Positions 49,569 to 63,600 of a stretch of 64,000 nt of DNA are shown piece after piece; the first letter of the stretch is position 1, and each line of letters starts with the position of its first letter. Below the pieces are notes generated by a model. The model was given only the letters and a program-made list of their open reading frames with translations. It was not told where the DNA came from and did no database searches. Position numbers and translations under genes: made by a program. The DNA comes from Adineta vaga (Eukaryota; Animalia; Rotifera): assembly GCA_021613535.1 (NCBI GenBank), contig CP075496.1:11904001-11968000 (forward strand), in the 5' to 3' direction.

Positions 49569-51293
49569 TTATTTAATACCTTGTAAATACAATGCTAGAA
49601 ATTTCTGAAAAACTTCCGGATTATATTTCAGTTTTTCTAAAACATATCGTTGTAAATTTCGTTCAGTACCATAAACAGGATTATGCATAACCATCGATGG
49701 ACGATTATCATAAAGATAATTATCTTTATCAATCCAAACATAGTTACATCGTTGATCATTTGTTTCATTGAAATTCAATGTATTCAATTGAAAGACAACG
49801 AAATGAAAAAGTTCATCAAGAAGAAATACAGATTGAACAGTAATTGGTTTTGTTAGTTGACCATTTGGATATAATTGACGAGCTTGAACAAGAGCAGAAC
49901 CAAAAGCAAACATCACCATACGTGCTAGACGTTCATCTGTAGTCGCTTCATGGATCAATTCATCATTTGACACATAGAATATTGTATGAACATCTAAATA
50001 AGAAATAATATTTCATAAAAATAGATCTTATAATACAATCTTTATCGATTTCTATATCGTCTTCATCTAATAATAAAACTAAACGATCGTTGTTTACTCA
50101 TAAACGCAATAATAACTCAAGGTATAAATAATATAGGTAACTGATGAATCATTTCTCTTTGATTTTATCTTTCTTTTTCTTTTACTTTTTCATGAAAAAA
50201 TATACTTACATTCATTCGATTTTCTTTTTCTCCATCCTTGTTCATCACCATCTTGATAGAGTTGTTCTGATTGAAGATCAATAGTTGGATATATGGGATA
50301 CATATTTAAGAATTTATAATCATTTCCTTGCATAATATAATGTCCATTTGGATCATGAGTATCAAGATTTTCATTAATACTATTGCCTGCACTAATTTCT
50401 AATTTATTTAAACGTTTAATAATGGGTGATAATGGTACGGGACTAGTTAATACATATTCATTCTTCTTTCTTAAATGTATTAATTCACCATAACGTTCGA
50501 ATGTTGTATAGAATGGTGTATTACGATACAATTGTCGTTTAAATAAATCAGGATATTGTCCACCTAATGATTCACAAAGATTAAGAGTATTCTCTAATAA
50601 TATACTCATTTGTCTTGAACGTGGTATAGAATATTCAATACGAAATGAACGACGTTGTTTCAATGGAGTATATTTTGCAGGTAATTTGTCTTTTGTTGCA
50701 TCATAAGCAATTGATTGACGAATATATGATTGAATTAAGTCATTTTGATTAGGTATGGTTACTTGATTGAGATTTTGCTTGATTGATTGCGGTAATTCAT
50801 AGAATGGAATTGTTTTTGTTAATAAACATGCTTGATCAACACCTAAGAATTAAATCTTCAAGTTTTCTTGAAAATATTTATCAAATGAATAGTACCTGCA
50901 TGTAATTTTGTTTTTGGATCAAATAAAAAAACCGGCCGATCATGATGAAATAGAGGATGTTGTTCACGTGGTGCTGGTGGTACAAGATATTCAAACATAG
51001 GATGTCGAGTTGGACTAATCCACGGTGTTGATTCATCGGGTAAAGCATTTGGATCTGGTTCATGTAGAGGATCAATTATATTCAATTGACGGCCTTCGAA
51101 TGCTTTTGGTATTTTTAATTTTGGTTCATTAAATTTGCCTTTCTCTTGCCATACCCCTAAATAGAGTCAAAAAGAATATGAGTAAAACAAATATATTCAC
51201 ATTTTCTCGTTTGTTTTCTTTACATTTCCATTGACGATGTAATGGTTTCGTGAATGGTTTGAGTAAACTACGAAGTTCAGTTATTTTCGGCAT
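49569..51293 (-). CDS. MRPL37: Mitochondrial ribosomal protein mL37 (PDCD9/mL37/mL65 family)
   Basis: QACLLTKT, AYDATKDKLP, ARMVMFAFGSA..ARQLY..LTKPITVQSV..FHFVVFQLNTL..NYVWID, YNPEVFQKFLALY. Confidence 0.85.
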
Positions 51294-51857
51294 AGGTTTT
51301 TCCAAATAATTCTATGAGAAGAAAAAAAGAATATCTTGTGGTGTGGATCCACCACATAGAGTATATGACTCATTAATCAAATTTAATTGGTTAATAATGA
51401 TCATTAAAATATAATTTACATCAGTAATTTGATTTTTATATGAAATATATTGTTTCTTATTGGATATTTATTCTAATTTTAACAATAATTTTCATAAGAA
51501 AGTTTGTTTTTCACGTCCGTTGCTAAGGAACAATGTCAATCGATTCGTTCGCAATGGCGCTAATATACAGTAATATATCTTTATTTCTTTAATACGATAT
51601 GTGAAAGAATTATTCTATTCGATTGACGTTGCAAGATGGGAACGTGTGTTTAGATGGATGAGAAAATCTTTGAATGAACTAACAACATCAACTTGATCAG
51701 TACAGAGATATTTTTGTATAGGTTAATAAATAAAGTTTATTTTAATTTAAGAAGATCTTTCTCCTTCTTCTTCTCCTCTTCACTTTTTATTAGTCGAAGA
51801 TCATGTCTAAGTTAAACTCATACAAAAACAACAATGTTTTCAGAAAGAAAATGTTCA

Positions 51858-53229
51858 TTAACGATTGAATGAATGGACTAAGATACTTTTATCTTGTGAC
51901 ATTGATACAAATTGTGTACCCGAATAATTGAATCTAACACACCATACTTGATCGGAATGTTCAGCTGACGTATAAACACATCGTTTTGCTTTTGTATCCC
52001 AAATTTTAACTGATTTATCCGATGATCTAATGAAGAAATTGTCTCATTTCTTTATTCATTAAAATAAATAATACATACGAAGAAATTAAATGTTGATTAT
52101 CTGAACTGAATGCTACACTAAGCACCCATGAACTATGACCAGATAATGTACCCACTGTTGTTGGTTGAGGAGTATGTCTATTTCAGATATAATCATATAT
52201 ACTTTTTGTGTTAAGAAAATCAATAATTAAACTTACAAGTCATGAAGTCGAATATGACAATCATCAGAAGCTGATGCTAATACTTGAGAATCTGGTGAGA
52301 AACACAAGGCGCGAATAGGCATAGCATGACCTAGTCGAAGTATTTTTTTAAGAAATAATTTTTAATTGAAGATAAACTTAGAAATATAAACCTTCAATCG
52401 TATGTAATAATTTTGCAGTTGCAACATCAAAAACATTTACGAAACCATTTTGTGAACCACATGCTAGTAATTTACCATCTGGACTCTACAAAAATTATAG
52501 AATCTTTGTCTTGTTCTGATGGAACAAATGCTTTTTCTTACATAAATAGCACTAAGTACAAATTTTGTTTGAGTATCCAACGTCAATTCTTTTTGACCAG
52601 TTTCTGAATTGTACAAATCAACTTTACCACCAAAACTTCCCGTTGCAATATATTGTCCATCAGGAGAAAAAGCTAAGCTCCATGCATTAACTAAAATAAT
52701 ATACATAGAATTCTTTACTTCAATCACTATTAATTCTTTCTACCTGGTGTCGCATCAATATCACGAATAAGTTTTCCACTTTCAATATCCCATAATTTAA
52801 TTTGAGCATCCAATGCACAAGTTGCAGCCACTATTAAAATACAATGAATAGAGGAATTATTTGATTCAAACAACAAACCAGTTCCTTGTGGATTAACATC
52901 AACTGAAACAACTCCAAGTCGATGACCAGTACATGTATATTTTAATTCAAGTTTCTCTTTATACCATGACCAAATTTTAACTTTATCATCAATTGAACCA
53001 CTAATAATATGTTCCGAACCATCCTTTAAACTTTTCGTCCAAGCACCTGCCCATATTCCATCTTCATGAGCTAAAAAGTCGATAAATTTCTATTTCTATC
53101 TATGAAAACAAGCAACATTTTCTGACCATTGTCTTGACGACATAAACATTTAGCTGACTAGAAGCAAACAAAACAAAAAATAAATGAAACGGAATTTTTC
53201 TAAAATCTTTCTCATACCACTTCTGGCAT
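51858..53229 (-). CDS. WDR61: WD40 protein WDR61/Ski8 (SKIC8)
   Basis: [96 protein letters not shown]. Confidence 0.92.
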
Positions 53230-53449
53230 AAATTATCAATTAATCTTAATCTAGATAAAATATATATATTTATTAAGAATGATTGATAGGTAACAAATCA
53301 AGAAAAAGAAAACGAAACAAAGAAAAAATATTGCAAAACTCCAACTCTTACTGGATTGTACCAGCTGTCTATCGAATACGGAATCGGAATGAACGATAGA
53401 TAGATGGCGTAAATATCAGTGTCAAAATAAAATTTCAATGATATAAGTC

Positions 53450-53985
<536 letters not shown>

Positions 53986-54139
53986 ATGTTTATTATATAC
54001 ATAAATGTTTTTATTTCGAAAACAAAACTTATCTCAAATATTCGTGACTACAAGAATTCGGTTCATGTTTAACAATGATGATAATAGCAGAATTAATTCA
54101 AAATAGTAGAAGAGAAGAAAAAAAAGAGTTTCTATTATC

Positions 54140-54850
54140 TTAAATAGTTGGTACAATTGTATAATCAACTTGTTGATCGAAATATTGTTTTTTTCGTTGA
54201 TATTCAGCCATACTTATAATTGCTTCATTCTCATTACTTTGATTATCTTGATATGGTTTATCTATATTAAGTATTCCATCAAGATGATCCATTTCATGTT
54301 GTAATAATTCACTAATTGATACATCAAGTTTATTCCAGTTTTGTTTTACACCTTGATCATCTATAAAATTGATTGAAATTGATTTTGCACGTTGTTTTTT
54401 AACCAGTATATGTGGAATACTCATACAATCGTCCCACATTGTAATCTTTTCTGGTGAAAACCAAGTAATTTCTGGATTAATTAATGTTAATGGTCCATGG
54501 CCAAGGTTAAGTGCAATCATACGTAAATTAATACCTATTTGACAGGCACTGATACCACGGCCGAAACCATTTTGACTTCGAAAGTCAGCAAGAGCACGAT
54601 GAAGTCGAAGTCTTGCTGCTTGAACAAAGCCATCTTGAAGATTGAGAACTGATTCATTTTTACGACGTAAATGTTGATCACCAATTAAACAGATCGAAAC
54701 TGGTCGTGGATAAGTGGAAGTAAATTTTTTCAGATCTTCTGATAATGAAGGTAAGACCCACTTTGATGAATAAGCATTGGTAGATTCAGATCGAAATAAA
54801 AGTTTCTGTATAGAACCAGATGAAGGAAGACAGCGATGTAAATTTAACAT
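54140..54850 (-). CDS. def: Peptide deformylase (atypical WDDCMS type) with N-terminal extension, intronless, HGT candidate
   Basis: Motif 1 GRGISACQIG, LINPEI, motif 2 WDDCMS (canonical EGCLS), motif 3 QHEMDHLDG. Metal ligands Cys/His/His are intact. Confidence 0.9.
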   Translation of the reverse strand: MLNLHRCLPSSGSIQKLLFRSESTNAYSSKWVLPSLSEDLKKFTSTYPRPVSICLIGDQHLRRKNESVLNLQDGFVQAARLRLHRALADFRSQNGFGRGISACQIGINLRMIALNLGHGPLTLINPEITWFSPEKITMWDDCMSIPHILVKKQRAKSISINFIDDQGVKQNWNKLDVSISELLQHEMDHLDGILNIDKPYQDNQSNENEAIISMAEYQRKKQYFDQQVDYTIVPTI

Positions 54851-54902
54851 TTTCTCTTGTCTTGTTATGTTATTAACTTTTGTACAATGATGCAATGTGC
54901 TC

Positions 54903-54986
54903 TTATCTCTATCGATTTAACCTTTATCATTTGCGCAGGTAGAAGAAGAGAACGAAAAAATGAGAAAAAAAAATCGATAGAGATAA
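54903..54986. repeat. Perfect 16-bp inverted repeat in the PDF / deaminase divergent spacer
   Basis: TTATCTCTATCGATTT (54903-54918) and AAATCGATAGAGATAA (54971-54986), with a 52-nt spacer. Confidence 0.9.
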
Positions 54987-55264
54987 CGAACAAATCACTA
55001 CAGTCGACGAGAGTAAAAGAATGATCAAAAGAATTATGAAACCTTCATTGAAGATTACTCAATGTCCTTGACGAATATTTATATTAAAAATTCATCAAAC
55101 AAATCTTTAAAATTGATATTTCAATCAAAGAAATAGAGCAAAATGAACAAACAAGTATTTACACTAAATATCGTATCTATAAAAAGATAACATAACATTC
55201 TTATTCGAAAGATAAATATAAACGAAACTAAGTGGTTGTCGTCTTTTTCATATTCATTGTTATC

Positions 55265-56503
55265 ATGCAATCACAATCGATTGTTTCTTATCATAAAGGA
55301 TTAGGTATAGGTGATAATTATCAACAATGGAATTTATTACACGAAGATGTTAATTTACCAGCTGCGGTAATTTTATCTGAAAATCTTGAGTTCAACCTTC
55401 AATGGATGCAAAAATTTATTAACAAATATCAGGTAAAATTAGCACCACACGGTAAAACAAGTATGTCACCACAATTGTTTCATAAACAATTGCATTATGG
55501 TGCATGGGGTATAACATTAGCAACTGTTCATCAAGTACAAGTGGCTTATTCAGCTGGTATACGTCGTATAATAATGGCAAATCAATTAATTGGTAAAACG
55601 AATATGAAAATTATTCAACAACTACTTAATGATGATTCCGATTTTGATTTCTACTGTTTGATCGATTCATCAACAAATGTAGAACAATTAGGAGAATTTT
55701 TTAATGTTAATCAACAAAGACCATTACAAGTTTTACTTGAAATTGGTGTTCAAAATGGACGAACAGGAATACGAAATGAAGATGAAGAAAAACTTCTCCT
55801 ACAAACTCTTTCAAAATATCCAAATTCATTATCACTTGTTGGTGTTGAATTATTCGAAGGCGTACTTAATGAAGAACAATCCATTCGAATGATGTTACAA
55901 CGAACAGTTGCTTGTTTACAACGTTTAATTAATTCAAATCAATTAATACGTTCGCCACCAATATTAACCGGTGCTGGTTCAGCTTGGTTTGACGTTGTTG
56001 CAGAAGAATTTACTAAGATAGATTCTCCAGTGGACATTATCCTTCGATCTGGATGTTATCTAACACATGATACAGGTGCATATCATCGAGCACAAATACG
56101 TATGCTTGAACAAAATTCTATTGCAAAAGAAATTAGTTCTGATGGAACACTTCGACCTGCTCTTCAAATTTGGGCTTATATACAATCAATACCTGAAACT
56201 AATCGAGCTATTATTGGTTTTGGTAAACGTGATGCAGCATTTGATGCTGGATTTCCTATGCCTATACTTCATTATCGTGCCGGATGGTCGAAACCTATGG
56301 ATATAGATAGTAATACATATCAAATAACACAAATGATGGATCAACATGCATTTCTAACTTGTCCAAACGATCATAAACTAGCTATTGGTGATATACTTGC
56401 ATTTAATATATCGCATCCATGTTTAACATTTGATAAATGGAGAAAAATCTTATTGATTAACAAAGATTATACAGTTATTGATATTCTTGATACATTTTTT
56501 TAA
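55265..56503 (+). CDS. PLP fold-type III D-serine dehydratase / D-amino-acid deaminase-like enzyme (bacterial 'cryptic DSD' type), intronless, HGT candidate
   Basis: WNLL.EDV.LPAAV, LAPHGKTSMSPQLF (PLP Lys), GAWGITLAT, MANQLIG, GRTGIR, GAGSAWFDVV, LRSGCYLTHD.G.Y, GKRDAAFD, MMDQHA, ISHPCLTFDKW. Confidence 0.92.
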   Translation: MQSQSIVSYHKGLGIGDNYQQWNLLHEDVNLPAAVILSENLEFNLQWMQKFINKYQVKLAPHGKTSMSPQLFHKQLHYGAWGITLATVHQVQVAYSAGIRRIIMANQLIGKTNMKIIQQLLNDDSDFDFYCLIDSSTNVEQLGEFFNVNQQRPLQVLLEIGVQNGRTGIRNEDEEKLLLQTLSKYPNSLSLVGVELFEGVLNEEQSIRMMLQRTVACLQRLINSNQLIRSPPILTGAGSAWFDVVAEEFTKIDSPVDIILRSGCYLTHDTGAYHRAQIRMLEQNSIAKEISSDGTLRPALQIWAYIQSIPETNRAIIGFGKRDAAFDAGFPMPILHYRAGWSKPMDIDSNTYQITQMMDQHAFLTCPNDHKLAIGDILAFNISHPCLTFDKWRKILLINKDYTVIDILDTFF

Positions 56504-56593
56504 TAATAAGAAATCTTTCTTTGATTTTATTTTATTTTATTTTAAAATACATGAATATAAACATATCGCATTTCTCCTAAAAATAAAATGTCA

Positions 56594-56992
56594 TTATTGT
56601 CCAATACGATTAATAACCCAATCTGTTTGACAGAGTGGACATTGTGCTCGTTGTTTAACCCATTGACTCATACAACAATTATGAAATGAATGATTACATG
56701 TTCCCCAAACGATAATACATTCTTGAAGATTACTTGCTGCTTGACAACGTAAACACGATTCTGATAAAGCTGTTCGACATATTGCACATACATCGTGAGC
56801 CACATCCCAACTCCAAATACCTAATCATATTGAACATTATCTTTCGAAAAAAGGAAAGAAAAAAGTTATTGTATTTCTCTTACCAACAAGATTCCAGCGT
56901 TTCAGTGTAAATGGAACTGATGGTGTACCGGTATCTGATGTTGGATTGCTTGTATTAGTTGATTGTGCATTTACCTGACTATTTTCTGACAT
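56594..56992 (-). CDS. RNF7: RING-box protein 2 (SAG/ROC2)
   Basis: FTLKRWNLV|GIWSWDVAHDVCAICR..CLRCQ..CIIVWGTCNHSFHNCCMSQWVKQ..CPLCQTDW..RIG; one intron at ~56821-56883. Confidence 0.93.
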
Positions 56993-57660
56993 CTTAAAAT
57001 AAACGCTAATGACTAATTCATCCATATGTGTATATAGAGAGTTCTAAGATCTTATTTATTCGAGCGTACGAAGAAAAAAAAACGACGATCACAAAAAACG
57101 AAGATTATTATTTTGATTAACATATTTAAATATCTGTAAGCATCTAAACAAAACATACAGAGACAAGAATTCATTTTCAATAGAATAATACAAATCGAAA
57201 AAAGAAAATTGTTTTTAGAAAAAAAGAATTTAAACATCTAATCCCATTGCTATTTGATGTAAAATTGTATCCTAAATATGAAAATGAAAAAGAGAAATAA
57301 TAGGAAGATTGCTTTTGATTAGATTCATTCGTTTGTTATGGAAATGATTTCGAAGCGTTAAAATATTAATAAATTAAAGATCAAAGAGAAAGCAGTTAGT
57401 AAAAAACGCAAATCATTAAATCGAATGATAGCCAACATAATGATAATTATTGAGCAATGGTTCATCATCTACCTGTGAATTGATTACTAAAATGAAAGAA
57501 GAAAAAACAAGATTATTATTATTTAGTAAATAAAAATTCGATTATCGTCATTCTATTTAAAATTATATATAAATATAGTTTTGAATATCGTGCTTTTGTT
57601 AAATAGATAAATATATATATATATAGGTTAAACATAGCTAGATATATGTTGTTTTATTTC

Positions 57661-60600
57661 CTAGGATATTTTAATTACGTTTTTACGAGGAGGAAAAAAA
57701 TTTAGCATCTGTTGATCATCGTAGAGTGAATTCGAACGTTGATGAGGTTCATCAAAAGTTGATTCTCGTCGAAACATTCGTTTGGATTGATCACCATTAC
57801 TGTTCGAATCATCAACTATTTATATATATAGATAGATACATACAAAAATGTTTCCTAATTTGTTTCTTGTCTCATTAATGAAATATATATTCATTGAAAA
57901 CATTATTCAAATATACGTACATGCTTCATCAATATCGAAACGACGTCCTTCAGGTATTCGAATACGATCACCACCCATCGTTTTCAAACCATCCATTAAA
58001 CATTCAAGATATTCAAACATGTGTGCTTGCTAAAGACAAAAATTTGTAAGAAAAATAAATTTAGAAAAGAATATAGTTACTTGATTGCTCATTGCTTGCA
58101 TTCGATTTTCTAATGTTCGAATTTTACCCAGCATATTCTCTTGTGGTGAATTCCTACACAGATAGAAAAATATATAGAAATCAATGTTAAGATATTTAAC
58201 GAACACTCGTTCTTCATCTAAATCAGTTTCATCCACTAATTTTCGACCTTCTTTCAAATGATTATAGAAAACTTCATCACCAAGTGCATCTTCAGCTACT
58301 TCAATAATCGATGTAAATTTTTCATTAAGAACTGTTTCTAAAATGAAAATTTTGTTAACACGAAAATAAGTATTTATCAAAAAATCTTTTATTTTACTGT
58401 ATTTTGTTCGACTGGAATGTTGTTGATATTTATCTTGAATACATTGCGAACGAATACATCGTGCGGATATATATAAAATAAATCGCCAAAGATGAGAAAT
58501 GAAAATAAATGGTGGTGGTAATGATGGACGAGATAAATATTCACATATTAATGAATATCGTTGAAATTTCCAAATACGATCGGTATCCGTTTGAAGACGA
58601 TCAAATGTATTACTAAAAGAATTGTTTCGATAGAGAACTTAGCTTTTAACGAGAGAAAAAAACATTGTCATCTTTATTCTTGTATTTATACCTAAACATG
58701 GCAATGAGTAGATTGACCAAGAGTATACTAACAACAGCCATATATGCTACAAGTAATATAAACGCTGCATAACCATTCGGTTTGTAATTATCTTAATAGA
58801 CGAAGAAAATATGATTATTTAGTTCACAAGAGAAGCAAATTCTTACGTTCAAATGTTTCCAATGCATTCAGTTCTCCAAAGATTTGCCAATATGCAAGAT
58901 TAACAATATCACGTGGTAAATGCCACGAAAATTTCTGTACACCATAAATCAGACTATAAGATGATACACCAAATGCCAAAATGAAGACAATTAACATTAA
59001 CATGAAAAATTTCAGATCATGTACCTTAGAAAAAAAGATTCATAAGAAAACTGAATCAATATAAATTGAAATATAGTCACCATCTCTCCGATCATAACAA
59101 GTTTAGGACCAAGTCGTTTAACAGCAGCAAATATATCCAATGAACGCATAAACCAAATTGTTAAATCCACTGAAAGAACAATTCGTGCTGCACAAAAACA
59201 TTCAGATACTGGCAGAAATCGAAGTGTAAAACCAATGAAAAACAAGACGATTGCCAAAACATCAAGTTTATTCCAAAAGATTTTGAAATAAGCCGTTATA
59301 GCATTTCGTTTCGATTGTGCTTCCGTGGAAAAAAGCTATCGATATAAATGTAAAGATACAAAATAATCGAATATGAGCAAAAAATTACTTGACGAATTTC
59401 TTCACATAATAACGTAAAAACCCATATAGCAAGTACAATTTCTGTATTAGCGGGTCGTGAACGTCGTTGAAAACCGTATGGAATTGTTTTATTTGAGTTC
59501 GTTTTATCACTAGCTGACATTCGATCGACTCCTGTTTGCTTATTTTCATTACTAGATACACTATCATTTTGATAGCTTGGATTATTGAATGTGCCACATT
59601 TATCCATTGGAAAATCGTAAAGTGGAAAGAAATCGCATAATATCACGTATGAAAAAAGTAGTAAAAAGAATACATGGAAGTACTAAAATAAAAGAAACAT
59701 CAATCAATCAATCTTCAAAAGCGTTCGATCATTTACTAAATTATAAAGATATTTAACATATGGAGCAGACATGAAAGTTTTGACATTGGGGAAATATTCA
59801 GAAATCTTTGCTGATGTACTAAAAAAGAAGAAAATATGAATTTCACTTTCATCTCAGTATACGAATGATAAAGCTAGAAGTTAATTAGTGTTAATTAATA
59901 AAAAAAAACATAGCAAGTGTGAGTAGCTAAGATTAAGATTGGCTTTTTTTCAAATCTACTAATTATTCTTTTTACTTTTCCCGACAACCAACGTGTTTGA
60001 AGTCAACGGAAGTATTATTTCCATCCATTGAATCTTGTAATAATCTCGTACAAACAGTATCTTTTTTCCTAGAAAAATGATATAGATACCAAACAAATAA
60101 AAAAAAAACTTTCGAAGAAGAATGTGGTACAAAAATTCGATGTGAATTCAAATAGTATTTAGTGAAATGGATTCATATTGCTTCGTGACAAAATCTTCCC
60201 AAGTAAAGCTTTGATAAATTTAAAAAACGTAAAAACTAGATCAGATCAAAATATGAGAATGATCATATTCGACCGTTGATTACTTGTTGTTTAATCATAC
60301 AGGATTATATCTACTTCGGACATGTAAATATCATGTCAATTAGAATAAGATGTATAGAATTCAATGTCTATTACCTTCCCATCAATCGTTTTTGTTCTTG
60401 TGCTTGTCTGGATGATACTCGTGATTTGTTAATTCTATTCTAGAAACAAAATTCAATTATAACATTAGATTATAAATTCCTTTAAATATGTACCCTAAGA
60501 AATGGTGTTTCATCATTTGTTTTAACTAATTCATTTTGATAAGGAAGAAATCCACTATACCATAGATTGATTGTAGCAAAAACGATGGTCATATCAGAAA

Positions 60601-63600
60601 CATTATGATCAATATATCCATACCTATATTGATAAGGAAAGAGCAAAAAATTCTTTTTCAACTCGGATATCTTCTTTTAATATCTACAAACCAAATGTTA
60701 TTAAGTACGTCTTGTACAGCTCGTTGAGCAATAAATTGTTTTGCTTCAGCTGCAACAGCTATTTCTAACCATGTAACATTACCGAACGCTGAAATTTGTC
60801 GTATAATTGCTTGTGTACATGCATGATAGCTCGATTCATAGAATTTATCCAATATTTGTACCGCTAAATTTTCGAATTCATCAGCAGAATCATTATAACT
60901 TGCATCATTATCACGACGAGCACGTTTACGATAAATTAATGCAGCAATCAATGCCGTACCTAACAACGATACATTTTCCTCTGAATCTTAAACAATAAAA
61001 AATCTCTACTTACAAATCTTATTCTTACTACGAGACCAAAATAATAAAGCAAATTCTCGTCGACCTTGTATCACCGACCAGATAAATAATTCTTTATCGA
61101 TATCAACATGACCACCGGAATACGCTGCTGATCCTATACAATCGAAATAACAATAGATTGAATTTATTAATGCAATTTATGTTATTTAAAAGTATTTCTG
61201 CACACAATCTATGCGAGATTGATTAAAATACATTTGTGTTTCATTGTTTACCCAAATGATAAAGTTTTTAATTTATAAAACCAGTGCATTCAAACTCATG
61301 CAACACAAAATCCCATTGGAACATGCAAAAGAAAACTCTGCCTACGAAATATGATCAATTGGAATTTCTTTGATAGAAAATTCATTTAACTGAGAAAAGA
61401 AATAAAATTATCTTTTTGAAAATATCTCTGTATAGATATTTTGAATGACAAAATTGTAAGTTTACCTTCAGAATGTATACTACCATCACGATCAACACCT
61501 GACCTTGTACGATAACGTCGTGATTCGCAACAGAAACATGATTTTTGTTCGCCATTACTGATAATTTCATGACTGGAAGACACATCTGTCGAAGGAAATA
61601 CTGCATTAACATCAAAAAAATCTCCAATCAATGGTTGAATTATTTTCTTATATATTCGTCGTAATGGATCAGTCGTGACATTTGCAAAAGCTTCAATCTA
61701 TATTGGTTTCTGGTAAATAAAATACAAATGTTGAAAATATCACTTACATCTTGTTGATCAATTGTATAGAGTTTGATAAATTCTTCTTGATCTCGAAAGA
61801 AATCAGTTAAGGAGAAGTCATGATCAAGAAATAGTTTAACAAATGCAACTTGATCATTATTCAATGCTGTTTTAAACAAATCATTTAAATCCATTTTCTA
61901 ATATAGAAACAACCAAGAAATAAATGTTTGAGAAAGGTTTTTTTTTTCATTTCGATGAACTTACTTCCCAATCTCGATCATTTTTCATAATACAATTCTT
62001 TGCTATATCAACACGATTCCATTCTAATGCTAGACGAAGTTGTTCACGTTTACGTTGCATATTTGTTTTACTTAAATCACTAACTGATGTAGCTAAAAAC
62101 GAAAAGAAGATAATCTTCGGTAATTCAATTCTAACTTGATAGTTACCATTCAACAATGCTTGTAAAATAACTAAATCAATATCTGGTTCGACTGGATTAC
62201 GTGAATTTAAACTAATTATATTTAGAAATCGTCGTCGTGTATGAATACATTCGTAAACTAATTCAAAATAATCAGTTGAATCGACTACACGAGCATTCTT
62301 ATCTGTCGTTGTTGCTGAACTTTTGCGTGGTGTTTTACCACCTACACTTGTCGATGTATCACCTGTACCACTAATAGCTTGAAGTTCTTCTTTGAGTTCT
62401 TCTCGAAGTTTTTTCTTTAAATCATCAAAACGTTTTGAAATAGTAGTAGGATCAGCGCTAAAAGTAAAGAGTTGTTTTTTTTCCAGAGAAATTCAGAAGA
62501 GATTTTCGCTCTGCTTACTTTGCAGTTCCTTCATCATTAAGATCTAATTTTTGAAGATTGTCATTGTAGAGAAGATATGCTTTAGCAAATAGATCACAAC
62601 AACGTCCTGTTCCTTCGAGAAAAACAGCTGGAATATTATTTTGAACAACAGCTTCATGAACTATAGTATTTAAAAAGAAAAAGAAGACAAATATTTGATT
62701 CATTCTTGAAAAAACAAAAAGTAGTCTGTATTTATACCTGTTCGAACGGTATTTGGTCCTCCTTCAACAACAAGAAGAACAACTGGTACTGGATCTATAG
62801 TATCGAGAAATTATTGTTTTAGAAGTAAATCAAATAAATGACATATCTTAATTACCTAATTGTTCTGATCTTACCGACGGAGCCCCTGATAAACTAGTAG
62901 TTTGATTAGCTGCCTGTGTTACTGTTGTAGATTTTGATGCAAAAAAGCCACCAGAAATAGCTTGTTCGAGTTTTGCACGAAATGAGATTTCTCGACCATA
63001 TTTTCTTTCACTTCCATCATCGACAAAGATAAATTCTGTATGATTGGGTTCTAATGGTGCTTCACCTTTTTGTTCACTACGCGGTTTAGCATAATGAACA
63101 TTTGAGCCATGTACATCAAGTTGTTGAAAATCAGACACACAACCCCATGTTGCAATACCCTACTTATATTTCGAATAAGAAAAATTAATCTAGATGTTTA
63201 TTAAATTTACAATTAAATGAATTGGTCGAGAACGATCGGGATTTATTTGAACAATTTCGCCAACAAGTTTCATAATACCCGTATTCATACCACCAGTAAT
63301 AATCCATGCACCTAAAATTCAATCAAAGAATCGTGTCTTCTGATTGTACGAATGAAAAATGAAAATACTACTAGAGAAATCATATCCAAATTCGAAATTA
63401 ATCAAGTTCCTCTCTTTTTAGATATGAAAGTCTTTGCTTCATTATGAAATACTTCAAGTGCTATGAAATTCCGACATACAAACTATTTTCACTCAACATA
63501 CCAGTTGTTCGAGCAACTTTGAGAAGGCCTCGTCGAAATGCTCTTAATAGTTTTGGTTTCATATTGTACTCTTTTGCACCGCCAGTTACCGATATTACTA

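Noticed and set aside
51519-51531. RFX X-box-like GTTGCTAAGGAAC upstream of MRPL37
   Set aside because: Imperfect match, single occurrence, and the neighbours are not ciliary genes.
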